Assembly: GCA_043228905.1 (NCBI GenBank)
Contig: JBHGNT010000062.1
Location: 1-64,000 of the forward strand
Length of the DNA stretch: 64,000 nt
From: Azolla caroliniana
Lineage: Eukaryota > Plantae > Polypodiophyta
Reading direction: 5' to 3'
The notes below the pieces were generated by a model. The model was not told where the DNA came from. It saw only the letters and a program-made list of their open reading frames with translations, and ran no database searches. The position numbers were made by a program, and so were the translations under genes. Shown piece after piece: positions 63,435 to 64,000 of the stretch; the first letter of the stretch is position 1, and each line of letters opens with the position of its first letter.

Positions 63435-64000
63435 GCACGTAGTGGGTCTCTTGTCCCTTCTCTCTTGCTCTTCGGTACAGGACCCCTAAGGTCCCGCCTC
63501 ATTCCACGCATCCGCGAGGAAAACCTCGACAGCGCGATACCTTCTCTCCCCCGTCTCCCTCTCTTTTATAGCTCAAGGAGGGAGGTCGTTTCACCCGTTT
63601 ACATCACATTAATTCTCTGTCCTTTCGGACAGAGATACTCCTCGATTTCCCCTATAGAATATTGCTACCTAGGATTTGACCTTTGTGCCTACCTATCCAC
63701 TATACAACAAGGGGCATGCCCACGTGTAAGGGCCGGTTCACACACACCATACACGGTTTGCGCCTGGGGACGGTTTTCTTCACGACAACGTCATTACGAA
63801 TGCCTCTCGTAAGAACGAGCTCATGGTGGCATCGTATCCATGTAACGAGGGAGGGATGTTGGATACGTGTGTCATTGGAGCGACCTCACTTGAAGTCGGT
63901 CAAGCCCTACGTACTCAACATCATTATGGCTATAGGCGTTTCTTTACGTAACGAAATCGAGGTCATCAACAGGGTTGTCAACAATCAAAAATTGTTGAAA

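Larger units (their letters stand above)
51262..63531 (+). mobile_element. G1b: full-length Ty3/gypsy element, 630-bp LTRs, 4-bp TSD GCGC
   Basis: 5' LTR 51262-51891. 3' LTR 57599-58136 plus 63440-63531. PBS 51895-51912. PPT about 57586-57596. GCGC at 51258-51261 and 63532-63535. Confidence 0.95.
41949..63787 (-). mobile_element. G1a: compound three-LTR Ty3/gypsy element with internal tandem duplication, 4-bp TSD ACGT
   Basis: 3' LTR 41949-42650. Middle partial LTR 46924-47430. 5' LTR 50850-51261 plus 63536-63787. PBS at 46903-46919 and 50829-50845. ACGT at 41945-41948 and 63788-63791. Confidence 0.92.

Overview
Eukaryotic, plant-type repetitive DNA. The element mix suggests a seed-free plant such as a fern, which is inference. 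I see no host gene. The window is a nest of about 17 LTR-retrotransposon copies or fragments plus one probable DNA-transposase relic (8.1-9.7 kb). Five insertions are resolved by target-site duplications (TSDs). Copia B sits inside the LTR of Copia A, which sits inside a self-priming Ty3/gypsy LTR (14.2-24.6 kb). An intact Copia C with apparently identical LTRs sits inside the LTR of gypsy G1b, which sits inside the LTR of a three-LTR gypsy G1a, which sits inside the leader of chromovirus E (36-64 kb). The most unusual system is the GC-rich Ty3/gypsy family G1: tRNA-Trp primer, 4-bp palindromic TSDs, a DHG-motif protease fused to Gag, and pol joined through a G_GAT_TTT_TAG -1 slippery site followed by a covarying stem-loop or pseudoknot. 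A second gypsy family has a self-priming PBS with a compensatory change and a tRNA-like A/B-box module inside its LTR. All calls are by eye, with no database searches.
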